This document shows positions 1 to 12,909 of a stretch of DNA of 64,000 nucleotides, in pieces. The position numbers and the translations under genes were made by a program. Position 1 is the first letter of the stretch. Every line of letters begins with the position of its first letter. The DNA comes from Candidatus Wolfebacteria bacterium GW2011_GWB1_47_1. GTDB lineage: Bacteria; Patescibacteriota; Minisyncoccia; UBA6257; UBA9933. Location of the stretch: positions 811,969 to 875,968 of the forward strand of contig CP011209.1 in the NCBI GenBank assembly GCA_001029635.1, written 5' to 3'. The notes under the pieces were generated by a model that worked only from the letters and a program-made list of their open reading frames with translations, made no database searches and had not been told where the DNA came from.

Positions 1-670
1 TGTTCTTTGCATTGACTGATCCTCCGTACAGCACCCGAACCCCCGAAAGTTTATAATTCGCTTCTATAACCTCTTTTATGTATGCGATCACCTCCACCGC
101 CTGTTCCGGCGTTGCTGCTTTACCCGTTCCGATCGCCCAGATCGGCTCATATGCAAAGATCACTCGCTTATTCGTGACAACCTTGTCGGAGGTAAGGTTC
201 TTCATGGCACCTATAACCTGCTTTTTTATATGTTGCCGTATCGCGGCCTTGCCCTTGTTTCTGATCGTCAACGATTCCCCTACGCAAATGATCGGGGCCA
301 TAATCCCCGCGCCAAGTACCGCCTTCGCCTTTGCGTTGACCATTTCGTCGGTCTCGCCAAAATACGTCCTTCGCTCGCTATGCCCCACGATCACATAATC
401 GATGCCAAAATTCTTTCCCATCTCTGCCGACAGTTCCCCTGTTAATGCACCCTCGTGCTCCCATGAGCAGTTTTGCAATGCAAGACTGATATCTGCCTTG
501 AGTTCGTAAAATACGCTTGAAATAAGCGGCAAGTACACCGCAGGCGGAGCAATTGCTATCTCGTATGTATCCAAGTCAATATCGACTCCGTCAAACGCCA
601 TCAGAACTCCTTCGACGTCCTTTAGCTTGTTTGGGTGCATTTTCCAATTAAATGCGATCAGTTTTTTCAT
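1..670 (-). CDS. tpiA: Triosephosphate isomerase (3' end runs off window start)
   Basis: Manual translation from ATG at 670: MKKLIAFNWKMH...GALTGELSAEM...YVIVGHSERRTYFGETDE...IICVGE, canonical TIM motifs; missing from the ORF track because it is truncated. Confidence 0.95.
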   Translation of the reverse strand, partial: MKKLIAFNWKMHPNKLKDVEGVLMAFDGVDIDLDTYEIAIAPPAVYLPLISSVFYELKADISLALQNCSWEHEGALTGELSAEMGKNFGIDYVIVGHSERRTYFGETDEMVNAKAKAVLGAGIMAPIICVGESLTIRNKGKAAIRQHIKKQVIGAMKNLTSDKVVTNKRVIFAYEPIWAIGTGKAATPEQAVEVIAYIKEVIEANYKLSGVRVLYGGSVNAKN

Positions 671-704
671 AGAGTAATTACGAATAATTAAAATGCTTAG
701 TATA

Positions 705-1136
705 TCATCCCAAGGCGTCGAACCCGTCCAATACCTGCTTCGACGGGAAGTATAGCGGTTCGGGCAATTCGTCCAAATCGAACCACTGCCACTCGACGAT
801 CTCGTCGGGCTCTCGTACTTCCGCTTCACCAGTAAACGTTTCACACAGGTAGCCGAGCGTTACAAAATGGGCATTTTCGACAATATTATTTGTCGTACTA
901 ATATGGCGCAAACATGAACGATCAATCTCAATACCGGTCTCTTCCAACACCTCCCGATACGCGCCATCTTCGAAGGTTTCCTGATAATGTAGTTTTCCTC
1001 CCGGCATCGTCCACTTGCCCGCCCCCTCTAATTCGCTATCCGCTTTTTCAGGATCGTCGTGGCGCTTACCTAAAAGAACCTTGCCGTCCTTTAGAAGCAA
1101 TACACCAAAACCAACCCCTGGTTTTTTGGTTTCCAT
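705..1136 (-). CDS. NUDIX (MutT-family) hydrolase
   Basis: Nudix box GGKLHYQETFEDGAYREVLEETGI. Confidence 0.92.
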   Translation of the reverse strand: METKKPGVGFGVLLLKDGKVLLGKRHDDPEKADSELEGAGKWTMPGGKLHYQETFEDGAYREVLEETGIEIDRSCLRHISTTNNIVENAHFVTLGYLCETFTGEAEVREPDEIVEWQWFDLDELPEPLYFPSKQVLDGFDALG

Positions 1137-1207
1137 ACCTTGAAATTATACCGTAAAAACAAAAAAATTGCCCGCCGAAACGGGCAATTTACTAGCGGTC
1201 TGTGTTA

Positions 1208-1432
1208 TTACTTCTTCGTAAAACCGAGCAGACCCATGAGCGCGATACACGGCGCACCCAATACAATAAGCCCTGCAAAGCCCATCGCAGGCAGCATCGT
1301 CATCTCATGTGTCACCATAAGTTTCATAGCGACACCCCTAATATACTCGGCTCCTGTCGTGGCCTCGTGAACTACGAGTCCGAAATACGCGAGCGCCATC
1401 ACTACCCCAAATAATCTTATTACAGCGCTCAT
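1208..1432 (-). CDS. Small hypothetical membrane protein
   Basis: 74 aa, two hydrophobic segments, AAAGGAGG Shine-Dalgarno (SD) upstream, hairpin at about 1167-1190 downstream. Confidence 0.6.
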   Translation of the reverse strand: MSAVIRLFGVVMALAYFGLVVHEATTGAEYIRGVAMKLMVTHEMTMLPAMGFAGLIVLGAPCIALMGLLGFTKK

Positions 1433-1528
1433 AGGCGCCTCCTTTTATGCGTGGCATAATATGCTATTTTAGTTAAAGCATATCTATTACATTGTGTCAA
1501 TTTTTTCAAAAAGTGCTGCTTTTTATCT

Positions 1529-1666
1529 GCGAGCTGTAAAGAAGCGATCAGAATGAACGCAAAAAATTCCCACAGAATCCGAGGTGCGGGGACCCGTTAA
1601 AAAACGGGCGCACCCTCGGACTCGTAAGGAATTTTTAAGGCCATTCCGCTTTTTTAGTTTGCTCGC
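1529..1666 (-). repeat. 138-bp GCGAGC...GCTCGC long-hairpin repeat, copy 1
   Basis: Reverse complement aligns with copies at 11085, 16012 and 34813; nested inverted repeats. Confidence 0.85.
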
Positions 1667-1826
1667 AAGCTTTTTGGTACTTTTTCTGGAAAAAGTACAG
1701 GAGGCTAGATTCAGTCCGCTTCGCAGGAAAATGGATGCTCTGCGGACACTCTGGCGCGCTACACACTCGCTCCGCTCGTTAGCAACGCCAAGTTGCGCCC
1801 TTCGCGGGAATGACACCCCAAGGGTG

Positions 1827-3950
1827 TCACCACTCCTCGATCATTAGCATTTTACCATCGTTGCCGGGCAGATTGTCATACACCGTTTCGGTAACGAACG
1901 GCATAAACGGATGCAGGAACTTCAATGATCCCCGCAAAATCGTGTTGAGCACATGCTGCGCTGCATGCCTATCACTCTCATTTTCACTCTTTAGACGTTC
2001 CTTATTTTCTTCAATGATGACATCAGCAAAGGTATGCCAGAAATAATGATATGCGTTCTCTGCGGCCAAGTGGATCATGAACTTATCGAGCAGGTTCGTT
2101 ATGTTTTCCTTCATGTCAGAAAACTCCTTCAATACTTCTTTGTCCCGCTCGGTCAACTGTGGCTCGCGAGTATCGTCGAATCCTTCAGAATTCATCAATA
2201 CGAATCGAGTCGCCTGCCAAATCTTGTTGGCAAAATTGCGATACCCTTTCACTTTGCTTTCGGAGAATGATGTATCATTGCCCGGCGTATTGCCGACGAC
2301 AAGTGCCATGCGCAATGCATCGGTGCCAAACTTTTCAATAATGTCGATTGGGTTCACTACATTCCCCTTACTCTTACTCATCTTTTTCCCCTTCTCATCG
2401 TTCACCAATCCATGTAGATACACCGTCTTAAACGGTACTTCACCCGTGAGATATAGCCCGAATATCACCATGCGCGGGATCCATTTAAAAATCAGATCAT
2501 ACCCCGTCTCCATGACATCGGTCGGATAGAATTGCTTAAAATCCTTCCCGTCAGGGTAGTTCAACGTCAACAACGGCCACTGCCCCGATGAAAACCAGGT
2601 ATCAAACGTGTCAGTATCCTTGCGTAATTGCGATCCACACTTCGGGCAGATATCAATATCCTCCGCCGTGCCGAAATTACAGTCATCACAGACCTTCGCC
2701 GGAATCGGAATACCCCAGACGATCTGTCTTGATATGTTCCAGTCGATCGTATTATTCATCCAGTACAAAAATATCTTGCGATAGTTGTCGGGGATGAATT
2801 CGATGCGTCCGTCCTCGACGGCTTTTGCCGCTTTCTCTGCAAGTCCACCTTGGGCGGACATCTTCACGAACCACTGCGGTAATAAGCGCGGTTCTATGGT
2901 CGTGCCACACTTATAACAGGTCGGAACTACGTGCTTATATTCTTCGATCTTTTCGATCAGACCCATCGCCTCGAGATCCTCCACAACCTTCGTGCGCGCT
3001 TCCGCGATCTTCATGCCTGCGTATTTGCCGGTTCTCTCATTCAATTTTCCAAATTGGTCGATCACCACGACTGCCGGAAGCCCATGCTTCTGAGACATTG
3101 CAAAGTCATTATTGTCGTGGGCTGGGGTTATCTTCAATGCTCCTGTTCCAAATTCGATGTCCACCGCCTCATCGGCGATCACCTTTACCATTAACTTGCC
3201 ATTTGGGTTTTCGATCTCGATCTCCTGTCCGATGTATTGCGCATATCGCTCATCGTTCGGATTTACCGCGATCGCAACATCACCGAAGATCGTCTCCGGG
3301 CGAACAGTCGCCACCACAAATGGGCCATACTTTATATAGTACAGCTTGTCGATTTTTTCCACAGATTCCGTCTCCACATCAGACAATGACGTCTGATGCT
3401 TCGTACACCAATTAACCGTTCTTGATCCCCGATAGACGAGTTTGTCATCGAACATCTTCTTAAAGGTCTTTTGCACTTCCACTACGATATCTGGATCAAG
3501 TGTAAACCGTTCGCGCGACCAATCGCACGATGCGCCCACACGTTTCACCTCCTCTTCCATATACTTCTTATTCTCGAGCGTAAACGCCATGATTTCATCA
3601 TAGAGCTCCTTTGGATCCATTTTAAAGCGTGAACGGCCCTCCTTTTCGAGCTTCTTTTCATATACGATCTGCGTTTCAAACCCGGCATGGTCAGCTCCCG
3701 GCACCCATAATGCCCGGTACCCCTGCATGCGCTTATAGCGGGTCATGATATCTTCCAGCGTGATAAACACGGCATGCCCCGCATGCAAGTGCCCATTCGC
3801 ATTGGGAGGTGGCATGATGATCGTAAATGGCCCCTTGTCATGCCGACTCGGCAAATTATCCGGATTGAAATATCCGGATTCTTCCCATTGCCTATATATA
3901 TCCTGTTCAAATTCCTTCGCCTCGTATGGCTTATTAAAAATTTCGTTCAT
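1827..3950 (-). CDS. valS: Valine-tRNA ligase (short form); start taken at MNEIFNK
   Basis: PPPNANGHLHAGH, DWNISRQ, DTWFSS, KMSKSKGN motifs. Confidence 0.96.
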   Translation of the reverse strand: MNEIFNKPYEAKEFEQDIYRQWEESGYFNPDNLPSRHDKGPFTIIMPPPNANGHLHAGHAVFITLEDIMTRYKRMQGYRALWVPGADHAGFETQIVYEKKLEKEGRSRFKMDPKELYDEIMAFTLENKKYMEEEVKRVGASCDWSRERFTLDPDIVVEVQKTFKKMFDDKLVYRGSRTVNWCTKHQTSLSDVETESVEKIDKLYYIKYGPFVVATVRPETIFGDVAIAVNPNDERYAQYIGQEIEIENPNGKLMVKVIADEAVDIEFGTGALKITPAHDNNDFAMSQKHGLPAVVVIDQFGKLNERTGKYAGMKIAEARTKVVEDLEAMGLIEKIEEYKHVVPTCYKCGTTIEPRLLPQWFVKMSAQGGLAEKAAKAVEDGRIEFIPDNYRKIFLYWMNNTIDWNISRQIVWGIPIPAKVCDDCNFGTAEDIDICPKCGSQLRKDTDTFDTWFSSGQWPLLTLNYPDGKDFKQFYPTDVMETGYDLIFKWIPRMVIFGLYLTGEVPFKTVYLHGLVNDEKGKKMSKSKGNVVNPIDIIEKFGTDALRMALVVGNTPGNDTSFSESKVKGYRNFANKIWQATRFVLMNSEGFDDTREPQLTERDKEVLKEFSDMKENITNLLDKFMIHLAAENAYHYFWHTFADVIIEENKERLKSENESDRHAAQHVLNTILRGSLKFLHPFMPFVTETVYDNLPGNDGKMLMIEEW

Positions 3951-3992
3951 ATAATTAACCAACAATCTACTCCCTACAACTTGTAGGTTGTT

Positions 3993-5036
3993 TTACTTTA
4001 TCGAGTCCACATACAACCTCGTCTTGCTCGTATCAACTCTGTCTATTGGCACCGTCTTTGGGAATAGTATCTTGAATATTCGCTCTTCCGCGCCCCGTAG
4101 ATTATCCAACTCCGTTTTCGATCCGCCAACTTGTATACCCATCGCATCATAGAGCAATCCTGTGATCACTACCTTCGAGGCATCGCTAATGTCATCGTTC
4201 TTTATATTCCCATTGATCGAAACCGAACCATCCGGGCTAATGATTGCCTTAGTCACCCGTTCGATATCTGCATTTACATTAGTCCTTGTCTCTGCATCAA
4301 AGATGCCACTTTCGGGCGATATATTATTCGCCTTCTGATACGCCGTCAACGCAATCTTTGTATCCAAATCGAATGTCTCGTCACTCAACTTCATGAAGAA
4401 TTGTTTTTTGTACAGGAACTCTTCCAGCTTCTGCACATCCTCTCCGGTCGCCTTCATCGCAAGGTCCTTTGTAAATACATACAGCGGTTCAGTCACTATT
4501 CTTACGCCTACAACATCCGTTGAAGACCGTTTGATATTAACCCGTGGCTCGATAAAATCTTCCCTCGCAACCACCTCCGGAGCAGAAAATGTCATTACAA
4601 GATCATCAATCTCTTCAATTCCTGCGTCAATCGTGGCAACAACATATCGCCCGATCTTTGACGACCGATCGTAGAGAAATATGTGATCACTTGACGCTTT
4701 AATCGTCATTCCATTTTTGTCCGTTGCCGTGATCGTATAGGTTACATCCTTAAACCCAAATTCCCGATTTGGGTTTTCAAGATATGCAACAACCACCGTT
4801 CGCGTATCTCCTGCTGCAAACCTTGCGATAGAATCAACCCCTATGTCCTGTGCATACTTTTGGCCGCAGGGGGCACATCCGCCGCCACAATCGATGCCTG
4901 TTTCTGTTCCATTCTGCCTCGCGTCAAAGCATGTTGGCATTGATCTAAACAGTAATACATATCCGCTAAATATAATCGCTCCCCAAAATGCCAAAAATCC
5001 CACCCCGTATGTGAATCGTTTTAGTCCTCTACTCAT
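3993..5036 (-). CDS. Membrane-anchored protein with Cys-rich TCFD..N..E.GIDCGG.C motif and an internal peptidoglycan-binding (PG_binding_1-like) domain
   Basis: N-terminal TM; segment GEDVQKLEEFL...TKIALTAYQKANNISPESGIFDAETR. Confidence 0.7.
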   Translation of the reverse strand: MSRGLKRFTYGVGFLAFWGAIIFSGYVLLFRSMPTCFDARQNGTETGIDCGGGCAPCGQKYAQDIGVDSIARFAAGDTRTVVVAYLENPNREFGFKDVTYTITATDKNGMTIKASSDHIFLYDRSSKIGRYVVATIDAGIEEIDDLVMTFSAPEVVAREDFIEPRVNIKRSSTDVVGVRIVTEPLYVFTKDLAMKATGEDVQKLEEFLYKKQFFMKLSDETFDLDTKIALTAYQKANNISPESGIFDAETRTNVNADIERVTKAIISPDGSVSINGNIKNDDISDASKVVITGLLYDAMGIQVGGSKTELDNLRGAEERIFKILFPKTVPIDRVDTSKTRLYVDSIK

Positions 5037-5169
5037 TACATTTCAGTATACCCTGAAATTTCTTTATCACAAAATCTATTGACTTTTCTATAAAAAATGG
5101 CATAATTTATTCAGTAATTTTTATCTCATTTTAGTGCTTCTTACTTATCAGCAAGAAAAGGAGACTCAC

Positions 5170-5730
5170 GTGAAGATCAAACGAAGCGGGTTTGTATATC
5201 GTTGTGCTTACGGACTCATGGATAAAGACGCGCGCCCCAGCACGGTCAATCTCTGCCCGCTCTTCTGGAAATTCGTTTTTATGTTCTTGCTTGGATGGTG
5301 GTTTTTCTTCCTTAGCTACATGATCGGATGTGTCATAATCGTCATAATCTACGTTTTTGGCTTTTTCTTCGCTGCGCGTCCCACAATATTTAAAGGCGAA
5401 GAGAATATCCTATTCCCAATGATGCATTATACAACGTGGCCCACAACGCCGAACGGCAAGCGCATCTGGCCGATCTGGTTCGTCCTCGGCGGACTTGCAA
5501 TCTGGCTTGCCTACGCAAAGAGAAGCGTTGCCACCTCTGCTGTCATCGACTTGGCAGCATCGCTCGCCGCACCCACCGCCTTCTGGAATGGTTTCGGTAT
5601 GACCGCAACCTGCTTCATTCTTTTCTCTCTTGGATATAAATTTTTAAAATCCGAATCCTGGCTACTGTTCAGATTCTGGTGCCGAGCGAAGAAAGAGAAG
5701 GTCTGCCCAATCATTGAAGTCGTCGACTGA
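5170..5730 (+). CDS. Hypothetical membrane protein
   Basis: GTG at 5170 after AAAGGAG; TTGACT-N16-CATAAT promoter at 5079-5106; several TM segments. Confidence 0.7.
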   Translation: MKIKRSGFVYRCAYGLMDKDARPSTVNLCPLFWKFVFMFLLGWWFFFLSYMIGCVIIVIIYVFGFFFAARPTIFKGEENILFPMMHYTTWPTTPNGKRIWPIWFVLGGLAIWLAYAKRSVATSAVIDLAASLAAPTAFWNGFGMTATCFILFSLGYKFLKSESWLLFRFWCRAKKEKVCPIIEVVD

Positions 5731-5777
5731 CGACACCCATGCGCCCCATCCGGGGCGCATTTTTCGTCTTTCTTATT

Positions 5778-5804
5778 TATGTACGTCATCGGATGACGTA
5801 CATA
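5778..5804. repeat. Palindrome TATGTACGTCATC-G-GATGACGTACATA, copy 1
   Basis: Perfect 13-bp arms; recurs at 6574 and 35788. Confidence 0.9.
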
Positions 5805-5850
5805 TTATTTTATCAACAAAAAAAGGACCGCATCATGCGGTCCTAAAGGA

Positions 5851-6501
5851 TCAGGCTATACAATACAGTTTGACAGTTTGTACTGCTGAGCGTATATGCG
5901 GAGGTATCTCTACTGTCTCAATATCACCTTTTTCCGCATACTGATCCAATCGGTCAACCTCTGCCACAATTCGCATGAGGCGATCCCAAGAAAACCACTC
6001 GTCCTCCCGCATCTTAAATGCGCTTCCGTGCACGACGGTATTAGGGCATTGCTTTCGCAATGTAGCGCACGACCTGCGCAGGAGTAGCGGAATTGAGCAT
6101 GCGATGATCGTTTTTGGATCAATTCCCGCCGCTTTCCAAACCTCCATCCCTTTCTGCACATTCTCTAGGGAATTAGTTGATGTCTTCTCGAGAAGTATCG
6201 CTTCTTTAGGTATGCCACGCCCAATCATCAGTGCGGCATAGAAATCTGCCTCCGTTTCATACTCTCTCGGAATCCCACTTCCTCCCTTGCCCGCAATGAT
6301 GATGTGCCGTGCCTTGCCCATCTGCCACAGATACGCTGCTTGTTGTGCGACTCGCTGATCATAGTGGCCGAACACAACGATAATATCGGCATCCGGCAAC
6401 TCTTCGAATCGAGTATGCTCTGTGAAAAATTCCAGCAATTTCTTTGTCGCCGATTCCACCTGCATATTCATGGTGCATACCCCCTTCTTCTTTTTCCTCA
6501 T
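5851..6501 (-). CDS. YdcF/DUF218-family protein
   Basis: ADIIVVFG, IIIAGKGG, TEAD, ILLEKTSTNSLEN motifs. Confidence 0.85.
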   Translation of the reverse strand: MRKKKKGVCTMNMQVESATKKLLEFFTEHTRFEELPDADIIVVFGHYDQRVAQQAAYLWQMGKARHIIIAGKGGSGIPREYETEADFYAALMIGRGIPKEAILLEKTSTNSLENVQKGMEVWKAAGIDPKTIIACSIPLLLRRSCATLRKQCPNTVVHGSAFKMREDEWFSWDRLMRIVAEVDRLDQYAEKGDIETVEIPPHIRSAVQTVKLYCIA

Positions 6502-6573
6502 TTAAATTTCTGCCTTTGTCATACCATATCCTTGCCTATAAATCAAAATTTCCCGCGAGACTCAAGCTGCGCG

Positions 6574-6602
6574 ATATGTACGTCATCGAATGACGTACAT
6601 AT
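6574..6602. repeat. Palindrome ATATGTACGTCAT-CGA-ATGACGTACATAT, copy 2
   Basis: 13-bp arms; near-identical to the 5778 copy. Confidence 0.9.
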
Positions 6603-6649
6603 TTTGCAACAAAAAGGAGCCGCGCTTGCGCGGCCCTTGCGAGTTCTCC

Positions 6650-7279
6650 TTACCCGTTGTTGCTCCAGAAGGCGGAGCTTTTCTGCGGATCGATGAAGTC
6701 GAATTCCGGGAGGAGTGTCCCATCGGGGCGGGCGATCAGCATGTAGAAGTTGACGATCTCCTCCGTCATACAGGAAAGCATTCCTCCTGACTCCAGTAGC
6801 TTCGCGTTTTTTGCGAACACCCGACTTATACCGACCGCTTTACAGAGGTTATTAATGCTTTCGATGAACTTCTGTCGCTCGGACCCGCCACAGCTATTAA
6901 TCTGGGGAAAGCTTCGTCCGCTCGGATCGCCGTCAAACACCAGAAACCGCGCACGAAATTCGTGCACTTTAATCGCGAGTTGACCTAAGTCGATGCCGAT
7001 CGGGCAACCCCAAAGCAAAACACCGCAGCTGCGAAGCTTGCCGGACTTGCTCGTTACTAAGGAAACATTAAGGTCGCCCTTTTCCCAAACTGAATAGACC
7101 TTGATGGTGGAGTAAAAACGAGCGACGTCCTTCAGGTACATTTCGTCGCATACCAGCATTTCGATTGCCTGCTTATTTCTCTCTATTTCAGCCTGCAGTT
7201 TGACCTCTATTGCAATCAAGCGTTTAAACTCCTCGATCATATCGCGCTCCACCATAGCATCCTCCCGTATTTTTTCCAT
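6650..7279 (-). CDS. Hypothetical protein
   Basis: 209-aa ORF, purine-rich leader, downstream hairpin; no recognisable motif. Confidence 0.65.
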   Translation of the reverse strand: MEKIREDAMVERDMIEEFKRLIAIEVKLQAEIERNKQAIEMLVCDEMYLKDVARFYSTIKVYSVWEKGDLNVSLVTSKSGKLRSCGVLLWGCPIGIDLGQLAIKVHEFRARFLVFDGDPSGRSFPQINSCGGSERQKFIESINNLCKAVGISRVFAKNAKLLESGGMLSCMTEEIVNFYMLIARPDGTLLPEFDFIDPQKSSAFWSNNG

Positions 7280-7348
7280 TAAACAGCTGCCCTTCTTTTA
7301 CCATTTAAAATTAATCCCGTCAAATTTCCCTTATCAGTATATAAAATC

Positions 7349-7372
7349 AAAACACCCGCGAACGGGTGTTTT
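7349..7372 (-). terminator. Intrinsic terminator after 5S rRNA
   Basis: AAAACACCCG-CGAA-CGGGTGTTTT. Confidence 0.75.
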
Positions 7373-7412
7373 GAGTATTGCCGATAGTCGCGGACGATTA
7401 TTGGCAATGAAT

Positions 7413-7529
7413 TCCAGGCGAAGCCTACTTTCCCCACCGGCGAACCAGTTAGTATCATCGGCGCTTATCACTTTTACCTCCGAGTTCGGAATGGGATCGA
7501 GTAGATCATGATAAGCTAAATCACCAGGA
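7413..7529 (-). rRNA. rrf: 5S rRNA
   Basis: Reverse complement contains CCCATTCCGAACTCGGAGGTAAAA and GCGCCGATGATACT; flanked by a pairing processing stem. Confidence 0.93.
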
Positions 7530-7599
7530 AATCATTGACAACAATCGAAACGCATATACTATCACCAACCATTTTATTTTTTGGGTTACTTTGCCCAAT

Positions 7600-10670
<3,071 letters not shown>

Positions 10671-10899
10671 TCTATTGGTACAAATTAACCCAAAAAATAA
10701 AATTGTTGATAATATTTTTTATACTATTTCTCTTGTTTGATTTCTATTCAATTATCAAGATACGGTCGGTTCTCGTAATGGAGAGTGTAAGATATTTTTC
10801 GAAAAAAATATCCGCTTTCACGGACACAACATTCGGGTCAAAGATTGAACCGTTTGTTATCCGCGTTGCCTCTTCTCTCTATTACTTAGCATGAAGATA

Positions 10900-10927
10900 A
10901 GTATATAGATTTATAAGTCCTTGTCAA
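10900..10927 (-). promoter_or_regulatory. Sigma70 promoter of the 23S-5S unit
   Basis: TTGACA (10927-10922) - 16 nt - TATACT (10905-10900). Confidence 0.8.
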
Positions 10928-11084
10928 GGGCTTTTTAATCCCTACGTAACAGCCCAAAACCCGCAGTAAAATTACCCCAATTACCTTCCCCATAGAGCCA
11001 GTAATTTATTTCAAATACTCCTTATTTCCGGCAGATGTCGAACTCATCTTTTTCGTACTTTTTTAATAAAGTACGGCAAAAATC

Positions 11085-11222
11085 GCGAGCGGAATAAAAA
11101 CGTGGGCTGAGTTCAAAAATTTCTTACAAAACGAGACATCGCCCATCTATTGATGGGACCCGGATGCCTCGTTTTTGAGGAAATTTTTATTACTCAGCTG
11201 ATCCACGTTTTTACATGCTCGC
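11085..11222 (+). repeat. 138-bp long-hairpin repeat, copy 2 (plus a 3' half copy at 11284-11328)
   Basis: GCGAGC...CCCATC-TATT-GATGGG-ACCCG...GCTCGC nested inverted repeats. Confidence 0.85.
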
Positions 11223-11514
11223 AGACTCGGATTGCGGGGGCATCTATTCATCCAGTGTACCCCTGTTCGCTGCCACAGGATGCGGGAATTTTTGCGCTCA
11301 TTCTGATCGCTTTTTTACAGCTCGCAGATTTAATAAGGCAAAAAATATCCCAGCCTAATCTTCTCTCTTGCCCTGCTTCGTCGGTGCCGTTGAATACATA
11401 CCGTCACCGACGCTCCGGCGCGTTGCACGCTCTCCCACTCTCCGAGTAAACGAATAGAGAGCGTTTCGCTAGCAACGCCTAGTTAAAAAGGCACCCGTTT
11501 CCGGGTGCCTTAGG

Positions 11515-12129
11515 CTACCATGAGTAGTGCTTTTCAATATACGCGACATCGCGCGCGATGTACGGTTGCATGAGTAGACCGATCCTGCTACACCACTCCA
11601 TTGCTCCTGCGTATACATCTACGCCCTGCTCTCCGAGAAACCGTATACTCTTCATTGCCATCTCGCGATGCGGAATGAATAGCGATCGCCCGCGTGCGAT
11701 CGCCGGATCATTCTCGATAAGCAGTTTTAGTTCCGACGTATACCCTTTTTCATCATGATCGGAGTGAAATGTATAATGCACAAATCGTTTCAGCAGCGCC
11801 CGTAATATACCTTCGGGCGTTGATCCATCGAATTTATTATGAAACACTTCCTCGCATGACTCGAGTATATCATTCAGCCGGTCTTGCCATCCGAAATCCT
11901 GGTTATATTCTTGGCCAGACCAATCATGACGCCCCGAGAAGAATGTTTTTGTTCCCGTAACATCCTCCCCTATTGCCGCGACCAATTCGCTCGATAGCCA
12001 CTCTTGTTCCGTTGGAATTTCAAACCTTCCCTCGTCGCATGCGTGCCACAGGATCAGTCGCCAAACCATGGCGGCCAACTTCATTTCCTCACACTCTTTC
12101 TTATATCGTTCCAGTGCGTTGGTCATCAC
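11515..12129 (-). CDS. Hypothetical protein
   Basis: 204 aa; TTGACA-N17-TATTCT promoter (-35 at 12194-12199), GGAAAGGAGG SD, downstream hairpin AGGCACCCG/CGGGTGCCT. Confidence 0.75.
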   Translation of the reverse strand: MMTNALERYKKECEEMKLAAMVWRLILWHACDEGRFEIPTEQEWLSSELVAAIGEDVTGTKTFFSGRHDWSGQEYNQDFGWQDRLNDILESCEEVFHNKFDGSTPEGILRALLKRFVHYTFHSDHDEKGYTSELKLLIENDPAIARGRSLFIPHREMAMKSIRFLGEQGVDVYAGAMEWCSRIGLLMQPYIARDVAYIEKHYSW

Positions 12130-12234
12130 CCACTCCTCCTTTCCATCTTTTATTATTAGCTACTGTCGAAAGAATAGGTCTTGGGTATATAAATGTCAAT
12201 GAAAAAACGTACGCACAAGGAGTACGTTTTCTTC

Positions 12235-12864
12235 CTATATACCCCCCTCCTTCCGCCCGCTCTTGCGGCGGAAATGATCCCACACCCACCAACCAAAGCC
12301 AAGCAATATCAAGGCGACAATCGCATAATCAAACTTTCTATAGTATAGTTCAATACTTTGCCAATTCTCCCCCAATACAAACCCGATCTTTGCCAATACA
12401 TACGACCAGATGAACGCGCCTACAAATGTCAGCCAGGTAAATCGCCATACGGAATGCACTTTAATGACGCCTAGCGGAAACGAAATAAATGTGCGCACTA
12501 CCGGCAGCATGCGCGAGATCAAGATTGCCCAATCCCCGTATTTATCCATCCACACATGCGCCCGTGCTATTTCTGCCTGCACGCGTTCGCTTCGGCGCAT
12601 TGTGCGGCGTCCGCGCACCAAATATCCAATATAGTAGGAGATCAGCGAGCCGAGCACATTACCCATCGTCCCGGCAAGTACGACCCACCAAAAGCCAAAT
12701 ATGCTTTGCGAGGCAAGGAATCCGGAAAACGGCAGGATGACCTCCGACGGGATCGGGATGTTCATCGACTCAAGTGCCGATAACAATAAGATGCCCGCGT
12801 ATCCCATTTGCGTAATCACTGCAAGCACCCAGTTTGAAATTATTGCGAGAATTGTATGTATCAT
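12235..12864 (-). CDS. DedA-family membrane protein
   Basis: LESMNIPIPSEVILPFSGF and RMLPVVRTFISFPLG motifs. Confidence 0.93.
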   Translation of the reverse strand: MIHTILAIISNWVLAVITQMGYAGILLLSALESMNIPIPSEVILPFSGFLASQSIFGFWWVVLAGTMGNVLGSLISYYIGYLVRGRRTMRRSERVQAEIARAHVWMDKYGDWAILISRMLPVVRTFISFPLGVIKVHSVWRFTWLTFVGAFIWSYVLAKIGFVLGENWQSIELYYRKFDYAIVALILLGFGWWVWDHFRRKSGRKEGGI

Positions 12865-12909
12865 AAATTAGAGTTTAGAGGTTCGATAGCGAACCGATTA
12901 CCCACTTCT

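Noticed and set aside
1523-1847. ORFs at 1523-1816 and 1584-1847 (also 11150-11449, 15907-16206, 60963-61592)
   Set aside because: They coincide with hairpin repeat mosaics and have no protein-like features
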